Of a DNA stretch of 64,000 nt, positions 28,931 through 39,593 are shown piece by piece (within the stretch, counting starts at the first letter, position 1; each line of letters begins with the position of its first letter). The stretch spans positions 70,850-134,849 of the forward strand of contig CAZDED010000003.1 of NCBI GenBank assembly GCA_964504535.1. The letters run 5' to 3'. The notes beneath the pieces were generated by a model. It worked only from the letters and a program-made list of their open reading frames with translations. It was not told where the DNA came from and made no database searches. The translations under genes and the position numbers were made by a program. This DNA is from an uncultured Gammaproteobacteria bacterium (GTDB lineage: Bacteria; Patescibacteriota; Microgenomatia; Levybacterales; GWA1-39-11).

Positions 28931-29840
28931 GTGCTCCTTCTTTTAATTTTGCTAATTGGGTACGTATAAATTCCTCCTCATCTTCTATTCTCTCTGTGTC
29001 TTGGTTTCTATGATAGTAATATGTTCCTCGGTGACGGTAAGTGCCATCCTCTTGTCTTACCATGAGAGGAAGTATGCCAATAACAATGTCTCTTTCAAAT
29101 AATTTATTCCCTAAAAATCTTAATGCGTCAGAACTTCTTCTGTTTAAAGGTACTCCAAATCCTTGTAAAGTATGGAGAAATGAAACCAAAGTTGGAGTTT
29201 TACGCAATGCTAGACGTTCAAAATAAGACTTGGTCATTTCGTTGAAGTACTCCTTCAATTTTTCCGGAGAAATATCTGGATTTTCTATCTGCTTTCTTCT
29301 AGCTTCTATTTTACTTATTTCTGGTCTGTTGAGATCATCAGGTATTTTATATCCATAAAAGGTCAATTTCCTACGAACCTCTCCAAACCCAACATCAGAA
29401 CCCAGTGTCTGAACTATTGAATCTCTACTTATCTCCCCACCTCTTTCCAAAAAATCGAGTAAAGGAACAATCGGATCTTCTTTTTCTCTTGCAATATACC
29501 TTCTTCTCTCGTATGTATGTGGCCTTTGGACATATGCTACCTGCAATTTATCTTTAGTAAAACAGTCAAACTCACTATTATGCGAACTCAATGCAATGTC
29601 CTCAATCTTCAATCTTCTTGATTTGCTTCCTGCATCACTCACATTGAACATTTCACTAACCTCCTTTAAAGTTGCTTCTGTGTTAAATGCGAGAACAGCA
29701 AATGCCTCCACATGATCATCCCATATCAATTGAGGTGTTTTTGCAGGTTTTGCCTCATGAACACCTTGTTCAAAAACCCTTGTCGCAAACGCCTGATATG
29801 TGTCGAATGGTTGCGGTTGTTGCTCTACCATAATAGGCAA
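28923..29840 (-). CDS. hypothetical protein
   Basis: ORF track. Confidence 0.4.
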   Translation of the reverse strand: MPIMVEQQPQPFDTYQAFATRVFEQGVHEAKPAKTPQLIWDDHVEAFAVLAFNTEATLKEVSEMFNVSDAGSKSRRLKIEDIALSSHNSEFDCFTKDKLQVAYVQRPHTYERRRYIAREKEDPIVPLLDFLERGGEISRDSIVQTLGSDVGFGEVRRKLTFYGYKIPDDLNRPEISKIEARRKQIENPDISPEKLKEYFNEMTKSYFERLALRKTPTLVSFLHTLQGFGVPLNRRSSDALRFLGNKLFERDIVIGILPLMVRQEDGTYRHRGTYYYHRNQDTERIEDEEEFIRTQLAKLKEGAHE

Positions 29841-29873
29841 TATTATAAGCCCATATGTGGTGTTTTGGTAGGA

Positions 29874-31133
29874 TTATTTTGTGAGTTCTGATACAGCGCG
29901 GATTATTTGATTGTCAGGCACTTCTTTGAGCTTACTACTAACTGATGCATCATATGCGACTGAAATATCCGGAGTAAGTCCCTTTCCATGTACCCATCTC
30001 TCTTTTGGAGTCAACCATTTACCAACTGAGATGTGGACACTACCACCGCCATCCACCTCAACAGCCTGCTGGATGGTTCCTTTTCCAAATGACTGCTCTC
30101 CGATAAGTTTTGCCCTTCCATAATCCTGCAATGCTCCACTCACTATTTCTGATGCTGAAGCAGACCCCTTATTCATGAGGACAACAAGAGGTGTATCAAG
30201 TAATACGCCTGTTCTATTTACGTCCATAGATTCTATCAATCCATTTCCATCCTGTTGCTTCACTATCGCACCACTTTTAACAAATTCTGAGGCGATGTAA
30301 ACTGCGTCATTGAGATATCCACCGGGATTATTACGAACATCCAAAATAAGTCCTTTAAAATTTGATGCAGACTTCATCTGGGGCATTAATTTATTAATAG
30401 CCTCAAGCCATTCTGTATTTGTTTTGTCACCGAATTGGGAGATCTTTATGTAAGCAACAGAACACTTCCCAACCTTACAGTCAAATTGCTTTATCCAACT
30501 TGTAACACTCTTTACCTGAATCGTGTCTCTGACGATAGTTATATCTTTTAGTTCTTTCTCTTTTGGATGTAGCACAGAGATCGTAACTTTTGTACCTTTG
30601 TGTCCTCTGATTTTTTCGATTGCTTGAGCAAGTGTCCATCCTGCGGTATTTGCTCCATCAACTTTGGCAATGATATCTCCGCTCTTAACCCCACCTCTCT
30701 CTGCAGGTGAACCATCTAGGGGTGCCATAACAATAATTTGATTTTGATCGTTGAGTGAAAGTTCCGCTCCGATCCCTGAAAATTCTCCTGCCATTTGTGT
30801 CTTAAACGCAGTATTTGCGACAGGTGGGAAATACGAGGTATACGGATCACCAAGACTAGCAACCATGCCGAAAATCGCCCCAGTCTCCATTTTCTTAGCA
30901 TCGATCTTTGACTTGTCATAATACATAGTATTGAGCTTTCCTATCACATCATAAAAGAGTCTCATGTCAAGCTTTGAGGCTGTAGGAGGATTTTGGTTAG
31001 CAAAACCTAATATTGGTTTGTAATTTTTCCATTCAGTAGTAATTTTATAGTTTCCTAGAATGTAACCAAGACCAATAGCAATAATAATAATAAGAAATAG
31101 TTGGAAAACTCTGATTTTTAGTTGTGTACGCAT
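29874..31133 (-). CDS. S41-family C-terminal processing peptidase with PDZ domain
   Basis: N-terminal TM; PDZ (GGVKSGDII); catalytic GSASASEIVSGAL. Confidence 0.75.
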   Translation of the reverse strand: MRTQLKIRVFQLFLIIIIAIGLGYILGNYKITTEWKNYKPILGFANQNPPTASKLDMRLFYDVIGKLNTMYYDKSKIDAKKMETGAIFGMVASLGDPYTSYFPPVANTAFKTQMAGEFSGIGAELSLNDQNQIIVMAPLDGSPAERGGVKSGDIIAKVDGANTAGWTLAQAIEKIRGHKGTKVTISVLHPKEKELKDITIVRDTIQVKSVTSWIKQFDCKVGKCSVAYIKISQFGDKTNTEWLEAINKLMPQMKSASNFKGLILDVRNNPGGYLNDAVYIASEFVKSGAIVKQQDGNGLIESMDVNRTGVLLDTPLVVLMNKGSASASEIVSGALQDYGRAKLIGEQSFGKGTIQQAVEVDGGGSVHISVGKWLTPKERWVHGKGLTPDISVAYDASVSSKLKEVPDNQIIRAVSELTK

Positions 31134-31264
31134 TGCATTAATAGATATTAGATATTAGTTAATAATTAGTAGCTGAAAAATAACTTAATTTAACTAAGGG
31201 AAGCGTGAATCGAACAAGTTATATATTACTATGAAGGAGACTATTGTGACAAGAGGAAATCGAA

Positions 31265-31516
31265 TTATTCTGCCCTGACGATGAATGGAAGGAGGGCAAT
31301 AAGTCTTGCTCTTTTGACAGCAACAGTTAGTTTTCTCTGATGCTTACTACACACTCCACTTCTTTGTCTACTATTTATCTTGCCACGTTCTGAGATAAAT
31401 TTCTTAAGGGTTTCAGAATCCATGAAGTCTGGATTTCTTTTTTCCTTACAGAAGAAGCATTCTTTAACTTCCTCGCGCATGTTTCTCTTTTTTTTAATAA
31501 TCTTTTTCTTACTCAT
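31265..31516 (-). CDS. rpsR: 30S ribosomal protein S18
   Basis: CFFC...; rpsF-ssb-rpsR synteny. Confidence 0.8.
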   Translation of the reverse strand: MSKKKIIKKKRNMREEVKECFFCKEKRNPDFMDSETLKKFISERGKINSRQRSGVCSKHQRKLTVAVKRARLIALLPFIVRAE

Positions 31517-31526
31517 ATTTGTTTAT

Positions 31527-32018
31527 TTAGAAAGGTATGTCGTCTGGATTTACATCCTCTTCTACCTTTTCTTCTTTTTTCTTACTTGTCGCACTTTTCT
31601 TCTCTGTTTTTTCCTCTTTTTTCTCTTCTTCTTCCTCTCCGTACGACATGTCGGCATCTGTTATGGCTGCTGCTGCTCCTTCTTTCCGTGAATCAAGGAT
31701 GATCATATCATCAATCACTATTTCAGTGGTTGATTTTTGTACTCCATCCTGACCAGTCCAGCTTCGTGTCGAAAGTCTTCCTTCGACGTAAACTTTTCTT
31801 CCTTTTGTCAAAAGTTGAGAGCAAAGCTCTCCCAACTTATTCCATGCAACAATCTTGTGATATTCCGCTTCTTCCTTTTTATCCCCATTGTCTGTTGTCC
31901 AACTCCTGTTAGTTGCAAGTCCAAATGTGCAAACCCCGGTTCCCTGCGGTGTATACCGCAATTCAGGATCTCGTGTCAAATTCCCAATTAATTGTACTCT
32001 ATTCAGACTTCGTGCCAT
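31527..32018 (-). CDS. ssb: single-stranded DNA-binding protein
   Basis: OB-fold N-terminus MARSLNRVQLIGNLTRDPELRYTPQG; acidic tail DDIPF. Confidence 0.9.
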   Translation of the reverse strand: MARSLNRVQLIGNLTRDPELRYTPQGTGVCTFGLATNRSWTTDNGDKKEEAEYHKIVAWNKLGELCSQLLTKGRKVYVEGRLSTRSWTGQDGVQKSTTEIVIDDMIILDSRKEGAAAAITDADMSYGEEEEEKKEEKTEKKSATSKKKEEKVEEDVNPDDIPF

Positions 32019-32147
32019 ATTGCTTTTTTCTTCGAAAAAAGAAATCCGAAATTCGAAATTCTAAATTCGAAACATATTGTATCCTATTTGATTTTCAATT
32101 TTGAAGCTTGGAACATTTTAATTTGTTTCGTGCTTCGAAATTCATGC
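32019..32147. promoter_or_regulatory. conserved upstream element (copy B), between rpsF stop and ssb start
   Basis: aligns over ~110 nt with 25005..25124. Confidence 0.6.
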
Positions 32148-32426
32148 TTAATTATCCCTAATTAAGAGATGTCTTAAGACATCATCGTTAATTCTTGTTT
32201 TTGCTTCAAGCTCTGGAGAAACAGCTACGCTTTCAAATTCCATAAGAACATAATCGCCCTTAAGATTGCCCTTTATGGGATAAGCAAATTTCTTTTCTCC
32301 AAGTTCGGTAACCTTATCTCCTGAAAGCTTTCCGCCCCAAGATTTTATGCTCGAAAGAAGTTTTTCTTTCGCTTCTTTTTTAAGATCGCTTTTTAAGATC
32401 AGAACCAACCGGTATTTTCTTAGCAT
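32148..32426 (-). CDS. rpsF: 30S ribosomal protein S6
   Basis: 92 aa; MLRKYRLVLIL; synteny with ssb and rpsR. Confidence 0.8.
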   Translation of the reverse strand: MLRKYRLVLILKSDLKKEAKEKLLSSIKSWGGKLSGDKVTELGEKKFAYPIKGNLKGDYVLMEFESVAVSPELEAKTRINDDVLRHLLIRDN

Positions 32427-32560
32427 AGCTTCATATGATACCCTACCAGGATCAAAATTACAAGTAGAAAGTGCAAATTAAATATTGACTAGTCTATATT
32501 TCAGTACTAAACTGTATCCGTTTTAAGGAATTTTTAAGAACCTTCTGATTTACTATAGCT

Positions 32561-33682
32561 ATGAAAAAACTTCTTGTTTTACTCATCATTCTCCTTATTT
32601 TTGCATTTTCTTATGATGCTCTTACACATTCAAAATCTATCCCAAATCCTTTCACAAAAAATAAAAATGAAACTGTAACTGTTGTCCGTGAAGAATCAAA
32701 TGTAATATCGGTTGTTAAAAAAGTTAGCCCAAGTGTGGTTACGATCGGTATCAAAAACTCCCCAGTCCAAAATAGAACCTTTTCTTTTTTCTTCAATGGA
32801 CAAGACCAAACTCCTGATAATAATCAAACCGAGGAACAATATATAGGAACTGGATTCGTAGTCAAGAAAGAAGGGATCATTGTCACTAACAAGCACGTTG
32901 TTTCTTCCTCATCTGAATACTTCGTAACCGATGAAAAAGGAAATAAATACGATGTAGACAAGATATACAGGGATCCAGCAAATGACATAGCGATTATTTC
33001 TATAAAAAATTCTCCCTCATCAGGTCTCAAAGAAATTACTCTTGGCACCTCTTCAAATCTGCAGGTTGGACAATCAGTTATTGCTATAGGTACTGCTCTT
33101 GGAGAGTTTAGAAATACTGTCACAACCGGTGTGGTTAGTGGTCTTGGACGGGGGATCACAGCAGGCAGTGCTTTTGCCGGATTTGCTGAACGACTAGACA
33201 ACGTTATCCAGACAGATACTGCAATAAACCCTGGCAATTCCGGAGGTCCTCTTCTAAATGCCAAGGGACAAGTTATCGGAATTAACACCGCCGTGTCAGA
33301 ACAGGGTCAAAATATCGGTTTTGCAATCCCTATTGATCTTGTTAAAGAATCTCTTAATAATTTTAATAGCACTGGTCAATTCTTACGACCGTTCTTGGGA
33401 ATTTCCTACAATATCATCTCAGAACGCGCTGCTCTACTCAATGAGATGCCGAGGGGCGCTTTGGTGCAAAATGTTGTAGCCGGCTCCTCAGCTGAAGATG
33501 CGGGAATTGAGGTTGGGGACATTGTAACAAAGGTGGATGGAAAACAAGTTAATGAGACAGATAGCACCCTTGCGATTCTTATTTCTAAGAAAAAGGTTGG
33601 AGATAAAATTGTTCTTACAATATATAGAAATTCTGAAGTAAAAGACATTCAAGTAACCCTCAAAGAAGCCCCAAGTCTGTAG
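32561..33682 (+). CDS. HtrA/DegP-family trypsin-like serine protease with PDZ domain
   Basis: GNSGGPL catalytic Ser motif; His/Asp upstream; C-terminal PDZ. Confidence 0.85.
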   Translation: MKKLLVLLIILLIFAFSYDALTHSKSIPNPFTKNKNETVTVVREESNVISVVKKVSPSVVTIGIKNSPVQNRTFSFFFNGQDQTPDNNQTEEQYIGTGFVVKKEGIIVTNKHVVSSSSEYFVTDEKGNKYDVDKIYRDPANDIAIISIKNSPSSGLKEITLGTSSNLQVGQSVIAIGTALGEFRNTVTTGVVSGLGRGITAGSAFAGFAERLDNVIQTDTAINPGNSGGPLLNAKGQVIGINTAVSEQGQNIGFAIPIDLVKESLNNFNSTGQFLRPFLGISYNIISERAALLNEMPRGALVQNVVAGSSAEDAGIEVGDIVTKVDGKQVNETDSTLAILISKKKVGDKIVLTIYRNSEVKDIQVTLKEAPSL

Positions 33683-33777
33683 CTGATAGCTATTAGTTGT
33701 TAGTTATTAGTCTTTGATTCAGTTTTATTATTTCATATATACTATTAACTGTTAGCTACTAGCTAATAAATACTAAT

Positions 33778-34155
33778 ATGAGTGATGGAGATAGTATCGC
33801 AGGAGCAGTTGCAGATAGTGCAAAAGATTTTGGGAAAGGACTTGTTAGCGAAGTCATAAATTCCGCAACCGCTTCCGTCAAAAATGTAAGTCAACAGCTA
33901 GTTGGAGCCAAAACCGAGGAAGAGGAATTAAAGAAAAAACAGGATCAGATAATAACTTTCAATAGAATAAAGCAGATAGAGGCAGAAATGGCCCAGATCA
34001 GGCAACAGGAAGCAAGAAAAAAAGGTCCTCAAATTATTCAGAAACAACAATCTGCCGTTGAATTTGAAGATTCTGATGGAAAGCCAAAAATACTGGATGA
34101 AGCATCACGGCAAGCAGTCGGCCGCGCAGAACAAGGCCGCAACTTCAAAGGTTGA
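33778..34155 (+). CDS. hypothetical coiled-coil protein
   Basis: ORF track. Confidence 0.35.
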   Translation: MSDGDSIAGAVADSAKDFGKGLVSEVINSATASVKNVSQQLVGAKTEEEELKKKQDQIITFNRIKQIEAEMAQIRQQEARKKGPQIIQKQQSAVEFEDSDGKPKILDEASRQAVGRAEQGRNFKG

Positions 34156-34197
34156 GCACTACTTGTTAGAAAACACCACAAAAGGTACAATACATAT

Positions 34198-35379
34198 ATG
34201 AAAATTGAACCAAGAACACTGAAAGGATTTCGTGATTTTTTACCAAAAGAAGCACGAAAAAGACAATACGTCATAGACACTTTGAAGAAAGTGTTTGAGT
34301 CCTATGGTTTTGAACCGTTAGAAACCCCTGCCTTGGAATACGAAGACATCCTTTTAGGAAAATATGGCGATGAAGGCGACAAATTAATGTACCGGTTTGA
34401 GGATAATGGAGAACGTCGAGTTGCTTTAAGATACGACCAAACAGTCCCTCTTGCTCGAGTTGTGGCTCAGTACCAAAATGACCTTCCCCTACCCTTCAAA
34501 AGATACCAGATCCAAAACGTTTGGCGGGCAGAAAACACCCAAAAAGGAAGATTTCGGGAATTTTTACAATGTGATATCGACACCATTGGCGAGAAATCAG
34601 TTGGGTGCGATGTAGAAATATTAATTATTGTCGATTCATGCTTAAAAAAACTCGGATTTGAGACTTTTAAAGTCATAATAAATGATAGAGCTAATTTTGA
34701 AGGGATTAACCCTCAGGCAATTTCGATAATTGACAAGCTTAAAAAAATAGGACCTGAAGGGGTCAAAGAAGAACTAAGACAAAGAGGTCTTGATGAAAGT
34801 TTACTTGAGCAAATCCAGTCAAAACCACCTACTGAATGGATCCAAACACTCCTTAATAATAAAGAACTCGTAAGTGGTAATTTGGTATACGAACCAACAC
34901 TTGCACGTGGCCTAGACTACTACACGGGGGTTATTATTGAGGTTGAAATTGAGGGGTTTGATGCAGGATCTGTTGGTGGTGGAGGTAGATATGACGATTT
35001 GATTGGTATGTTTGAAAACAATTCTCTTCCATCTGTTGGGTTTGCTTTTGGCTTTGACAGACTCATGGAGGCCATGGAGGAAAAGAACTTGTTCCCACAA
35101 CTCTCAACAACGAAAGTCCTAGTCACAGTGCCATCGTCTGAGATTGAAGACACTGCATGGAATATAGGCATCCTACTCCGTTCAAAAAATATCAATGCCG
35201 AAACCTATCTAAATGCGATTCCTATGGAAAAGCAATTTAAATATGCAGAGAAGAAAGAAATTCCATATGTCGTTATACCTATCAACGAAAATGAAGTAGA
35301 ACTTCGGACGAAATCTTCGGCAGGGGAAATCGTCAAACAAACAATGTCTTTAGAGGACCTGCCAAATGCAATTAACTAA
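34198..35379 (+). CDS. hisS: histidine--tRNA ligase
   Basis: N-terminal KGFRDFLP; class II motifs; GGGRYD. Confidence 0.8.
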   Translation: MKIEPRTLKGFRDFLPKEARKRQYVIDTLKKVFESYGFEPLETPALEYEDILLGKYGDEGDKLMYRFEDNGERRVALRYDQTVPLARVVAQYQNDLPLPFKRYQIQNVWRAENTQKGRFREFLQCDIDTIGEKSVGCDVEILIIVDSCLKKLGFETFKVIINDRANFEGINPQAISIIDKLKKIGPEGVKEELRQRGLDESLLEQIQSKPPTEWIQTLLNNKELVSGNLVYEPTLARGLDYYTGVIIEVEIEGFDAGSVGGGGRYDDLIGMFENNSLPSVGFAFGFDRLMEAMEEKNLFPQLSTTKVLVTVPSSEIEDTAWNIGILLRSKNINAETYLNAIPMEKQFKYAEKKEIPYVVIPINENEVELRTKSSAGEIVKQTMSLEDLPNAIN

Positions 35380-36274
35380 ATCCCAGCTTGCTGTTGTCGC
35401 GCTTATTGTAGCCAATATGATTTGGGGTGCAGCCCCACCTATCTTCAAGTGGGCACTTGCCGACATTCATCCCTACACGCTTGCTCTTCTTCGCTTCGTC
35501 GTGCCCGCCCTTATCATGTACCCATTTGTCAGGGGAAAACTAAAAATCAACAAAAAAGACTATTTTAATATCATTTTGATCGGTTTTTTTGGGATCACAG
35601 TCAACATTATTTTCTTTTTCCATGGTCTCATGCAGGCCCCAAGCATAAATGCAGCGCTTATTGGAAGCTCTGGACCGATATTTATCATCTTTTACTCTCT
35701 TCTATTTCTACGGGAAAAACCAAAAAGAAAACTCATTCTAGGTGCCCATATAGGACTTTTGGGTGTGCTTTTTGTGCTTATCACACCGCTCTTTAAAAAT
35801 GGAAATTTGGCTGCAATTGGAAATTTCTACTACTTAGTCTCGATGCTTGGGGGTGTTGTGGCTGTCCTTTTGGTTAGACGGGTCATGAAAAGAAATGATC
35901 CAATAGCTGTCACTTTTTGGTCCTTTGTAACGGGGTCTATCGGATTCATACCGTTTTTTATCAATGAAGTGCAGTCATATGGTTTTCTGCAAAACCTCAA
36001 TCCACAAGGGGTAATCGGACTTATTTTTGGTATCTTTCTTTCAACGCTAGCTGCCTATTTCTTTCAGATATGGGCACTAAAATACCTCACTGCCGCAGAT
36101 GTTAGCGTGTTTACCTACATAGACCCTGTCGTTACACTGCTTATTGCAGCCCCTCTTCTAGGTGAATTCCCCGACTCAACTTTTGTTTTTGGAACCGTAT
36201 TTGTTCTACTTGGAATACTTATGGCAGAGGGAAGATTTCACTGGCACCCATTCCATTTGTTTTTAAAGAAATAA
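35366..36274 (+). CDS. EamA/DMT-family transporter
   Basis: 10 TM; two EamA-like halves. Confidence 0.6.
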   Translation: MQLTKSQLAVVALIVANMIWGAAPPIFKWALADIHPYTLALLRFVVPALIMYPFVRGKLKINKKDYFNIILIGFFGITVNIIFFFHGLMQAPSINAALIGSSGPIFIIFYSLLFLREKPKRKLILGAHIGLLGVLFVLITPLFKNGNLAAIGNFYYLVSMLGGVVAVLLVRRVMKRNDPIAVTFWSFVTGSIGFIPFFINEVQSYGFLQNLNPQGVIGLIFGIFLSTLAAYFFQIWALKYLTAADVSVFTYIDPVVTLLIAAPLLGEFPDSTFVFGTVFVLLGILMAEGRFHWHPFHLFLKK

Positions 36275-36323
36275 AAAAGAATTAGATTGCATTTTCAGTA
36301 CAAATAAACTATAATTAGCCTTA

Positions 36324-36614
36324 ATGAAAACAGCGATTCACCCAAAATATTTTGATGCAACTGTTACCTGCTCCTGCGGGAACTCCTTTAAAGTGGGTTC
36401 AACAGTCGAAAAAATTACTGTCGAGCTTTGTTACAATTGTCACCCTTTCTACACTGGACAGCAAAAATTCGTTGATACAGCTTCAAGAATTGAAAAGTTC
36501 CAAAAGAAAATGGAAGCTGCACGTCCACTCGTTAAAAAAGCTCAAAAGGAAGACACATCAGATAACTCTCCAAAGACCCTCAGAGAGATGCTTGAAGCCT
36601 TGAAAAAAGGTTAG
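36324..36614 (+). CDS. rpmE: 50S ribosomal protein L31
   Basis: MKTAIHPKY...CSCGNSF...CYNCHPFYTG zinc-ribbon. Confidence 0.8.
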   Translation: MKTAIHPKYFDATVTCSCGNSFKVGSTVEKITVELCYNCHPFYTGQQKFVDTASRIEKFQKKMEAARPLVKKAQKEDTSDNSPKTLREMLEALKKG

Positions 36615-36635
36615 CTGAATCCTACTACCCCCTTT

Positions 36636-37580
36636 ATGGAAAAGGACGCAATCCTTGCACAAATTTACGAATTGGATTTTAAAATCTCAGAAGCTGAAAA
36701 ATTAACATCAGATCCTGAAATGTCTTCTTTGGCTTATGAAGAGATCGCAACTCTAAAAAAACAAAAGGAAGAACTCGAAAGTCAGGTAGATACTTCCCAA
36801 TTCGATGTTCAATCCTATGACGACAAGCCAGAAGCAGGAAGTTCTTTAGACACCAGAAACGCTATTATTGAAGTAAAAGGTGCTGCTGGGGGAGATGAGG
36901 CAAATATATTTGCCAAAGAACTACTTCGCATGTATGTCAGGTATTGTGAAAGAAATAACATCCAGAAAGAAATGTTAGATGAATTTAGTGTAAAAATTAT
37001 CAACAAACGCGCTTTTGGAACTTTCAAATTCGAATCTGGGGTTCACCGAGTCCAACGTGTTCCTCTTACAGAAAAGCGCGGACGGGTTCATACTTCAACA
37101 GCAGTTGTTAGCATTTTGCCGGAACTTCAAGATATTGATCTCCATATTAGGCCAGAGGATATTGAGTTTGAGGCATTTCGGGCAGGAGGACATGGTGGAC
37201 AAAATGTTAACAAAGTGTCAACGGCAGTAAGGGTCAAGCATATCCCATCAGGTATTATTGTCACCGCATCAAGAGAACGGTCACAAAACCAGAACCGAGA
37301 AAACGCTATGGAAGTTCTTCGTTCTAAATTATGGGAGGCAGAAGTTGAAAAGCAACATTTGGAAGTTGCAGAACTTAAGTCTACCCAGGTAGGAAGTGGC
37401 ATGAGAAATGAGAAAATCCGTACATACAATTTCCCCCAAGATAGAGTGACAGACCACAGAATTGGAAAGTCATATCACAACCTCCCTACTTTTATGGATG
37501 GAGAGATTGATGAAATGTTAAAAGATCTTCAGAATTCCGAAAATACAGATTCTTCAGAAACTTTACAGGAAAAGGAATAA
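36636..37580 (+). CDS. prfA: class I peptide chain release factor, RF1-like (PLT tripeptide, GGQ), shortened N-terminus
   Basis: [16 protein letters not shown]; [10 protein letters not shown]; no RF2-type frameshift site upstream. Confidence 0.7.
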   Translation: MEKDAILAQIYELDFKISEAEKLTSDPEMSSLAYEEIATLKKQKEELESQVDTSQFDVQSYDDKPEAGSSLDTRNAIIEVKGAAGGDEANIFAKELLRMYVRYCERNNIQKEMLDEFSVKIINKRAFGTFKFESGVHRVQRVPLTEKRGRVHTSTAVVSILPELQDIDLHIRPEDIEFEAFRAGGHGGQNVNKVSTAVRVKHIPSGIIVTASRERSQNQNRENAMEVLRSKLWEAEVEKQHLEVAELKSTQVGSGMRNEKIRTYNFPQDRVTDHRIGKSYHNLPTFMDGEIDEMLKDLQNSENTDSSETLQEKE

Positions 37581-37584
37581 CGAT

Positions 37585-38115
37585 ATGGAACAAGGTAAAT
37601 ATACTCCTATTGATTGGAGCACACAGGACTTTAGTGTCATTCCAGAAGGCGGAGTATTACTTCAGGGAACCAGTCTCAACAGGGCACTGGGGATAAAAAC
37701 AAATTGGTTTGACCCTCTTCAAGCAAGAGGTTTTACCATAGATAAGTTCGCCAATCATTTTTTCTACTTCAATCCTTCAGAAAAATTCATGAAAGGAGAA
37801 CATACCTCTTGGACTCTTAGATTTAATGCAGAGGGAATCTATCACTACGCATCAGAGGCAGTTAGAGGGGACATTGCAGAAGGTAAGGAACAGGCTGTTA
37901 TACTCGTTATGCAAAAACCGCCGTCAGTGAAATTCGATCAGGAAACGATGGATCGTGCCAGACGATTACCTGTTATGGTAAGTCTAGGTGATGTGCCAAA
38001 AGAAACAAAATTACGTATTGCTCCACTTTCGATTGATAGAAAAAGGTATGATCTGAGCGACAAAGAATCTGATAACGTAATAAAAGCCATCTGCAAAGCA
38101 CTTAAAAAGTTGTAA
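37585..38115 (+). CDS. hypothetical protein
   Basis: ORF track. Confidence 0.4.
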   Translation: MEQGKYTPIDWSTQDFSVIPEGGVLLQGTSLNRALGIKTNWFDPLQARGFTIDKFANHFFYFNPSEKFMKGEHTSWTLRFNAEGIYHYASEAVRGDIAEGKEQAVILVMQKPPSVKFDQETMDRARRLPVMVSLGDVPKETKLRIAPLSIDRKRYDLSDKESDNVIKAICKALKKL

Positions 38116-38134
38116 TGTGTGGTAAAATCCTCGA

Positions 38135-38479
38135 ATGGAACTTGATTTCCGCTCATATCAATTGTCACAAGAAAGGTTAAGAGTTGAACAAGAAGTTTTA
38201 GCGCTCGCTGACCCTAACGTAGGACTACATGGTATATCTACATTCCGTGACGGGTTAATAGATATTGCTAAGCACTATGACCCGCAACAAACACCTGAAG
38301 GCGATGATTCTAGATTTACTTACTATGCGCCTATTGATCCTGCTCGCATGAGACAACACGTTGTTCACCCATTATTCTTCACGCATACCATCCTGTGGGC
38401 ACGTACTTTCGCTCAACGTGCAGTTAAAAGACTTGGAAAGAGGTGTCTCATCACGTCCAGTCTTACGGGTTATGACTAA
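38135..38479 (+). CDS. hypothetical protein
   Basis: ORF track. Confidence 0.35.
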   Translation: MELDFRSYQLSQERLRVEQEVLALADPNVGLHGISTFRDGLIDIAKHYDPQQTPEGDDSRFTYYAPIDPARMRQHVVHPLFFTHTILWARTFAQRAVKRLGKRCLITSSLTGYD

Positions 38480-38708
38480 TATGCATCCTGTAGATGTCAT
38501 GGAAGACTTTAGACTTGGCAGTGATAGACAACTACTTCTTGCTGATTTTGAAGCAAGAGAGGATCATCATGGACTTTATGAAAGAACCGTAGGAAAAATT
38601 GAGGAAGTTGATTATGATATTGATGAAAATGTAGTAGAAAATGATACACGCGTACTACAAAAGCTTATTCCTATACTTTTAAGACCTCAATCACCTCGGC
38701 AAGGGTGA
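38473..38708 (+). CDS. hypothetical acidic small protein; ATGACTAA start/stop overlap with upstream gene suggests translational coupling
   Basis: manual start choice MTNMHPVDVM in frame with track ORF 38361..38708. Confidence 0.3.
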
Positions 38709-39564
38709 GTGCGCTCCCTTTCATCTCTGGATTTTTGGAAGAGCCATTAAGAAGCATCCTCTTTGAAGCGTGAAGGAACCATGAAGAATCAGGATCCATT
38801 TCCCGTATTTTCTGGTATGTCTCAGTCAGATCAATATTCAGACTTTCCCCTCCCCTTTTGTCAGGAAGAGCTTTGATACGAACAAATCCTACGCTAGGAT
38901 CCTTCCGCACTGATATCCTGTATCCCATCATCTGTGCACGCTTCAATACTTCATCATTAATTGTCTCAACTCCAATTGCTTTTCCCCACTTCGACTCGAA
39001 TTCTATTCCTTTCTCCTTTATCTCACTTTCAGCCCAAATTTTGGCTTCTAAATTGTGTAAAATGTCATCTAAAATTTCGAAACAAAACTCAACAAGGGCC
39101 ATGTCCTCCCCTTTATGTAAAATCTTGTATCCCTGAATTATTCCAACGATACCCGCTTCATAAACATCTGCATTGCTATCGGGATAATATACCTCTTGAA
39201 AATGATCGTCATCAATAACAAGCTCAACAATCCTTTTGACAGCTTCTCTTTTGTTGTCGTGCTTTTGAAGAGTTGACTCTTGATTTGATAAGACAAAATC
39301 CAAGGTCAGGCTGGCACCACAAATAGTGTTATCCCCTGTCTGATGATGATCAAGCGCACCAAGCCCGGTATCAACGTGTATCACAGGGATCCCATCAACT
39401 GCTTCGATAGCCTGTCCCTCATTTCCATATTGTCCAGGCAATTTCTCTCCAGCGTTAACAAAAGCTATCTCTGCCTCTTCCCAGCCAGGCATGAACCGCT
39501 TGAGTAGCCAGACGCTTGTTATCGCATCAAGATCAGATGATTTATGGGTAACGATTTTTCTCAT
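38671..39564 (-). CDS. DHH-family phosphoesterase (NrnA-like)
   Basis: DHH motif VIHVDTGLGALDHHQTGD; start taken at MRKIVTHK. Confidence 0.65.
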   Translation of the reverse strand: MRKIVTHKSSDLDAITSVWLLKRFMPGWEEAEIAFVNAGEKLPGQYGNEGQAIEAVDGIPVIHVDTGLGALDHHQTGDNTICGASLTLDFVLSNQESTLQKHDNKREAVKRIVELVIDDDHFQEVYYPDSNADVYEAGIVGIIQGYKILHKGEDMALVEFCFEILDDILHNLEAKIWAESEIKEKGIEFESKWGKAIGVETINDEVLKRAQMMGYRISVRKDPSVGFVRIKALPDKRGGESLNIDLTETYQKIREMDPDSSWFLHASKRMLLNGSSKNPEMKGSALTLAEVIEVLKV

Positions 39565-39593
39565 ATGTTTTAGTATAGCCGATTCCGCTAAAG

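Noticed and set aside
32824-33288. 154-aa minus-strand ORF
   Set aside because: It is antisense within htrA.
36352-36603. Alternative-frame 83-aa ORF overlapping rpmE
   Set aside because: It is embedded in the L31 gene on the same strand, which has a clear zinc-ribbon signature, so this is a spurious overlapping frame.
38135-38708. Frameshifted pseudogene spanning track ORFs 38135..38479 and 38361..38708
   Set aside because: The two frames are better explained as two small genes with an ATGACTAA start/stop overlap (translational coupling) than as one broken gene.
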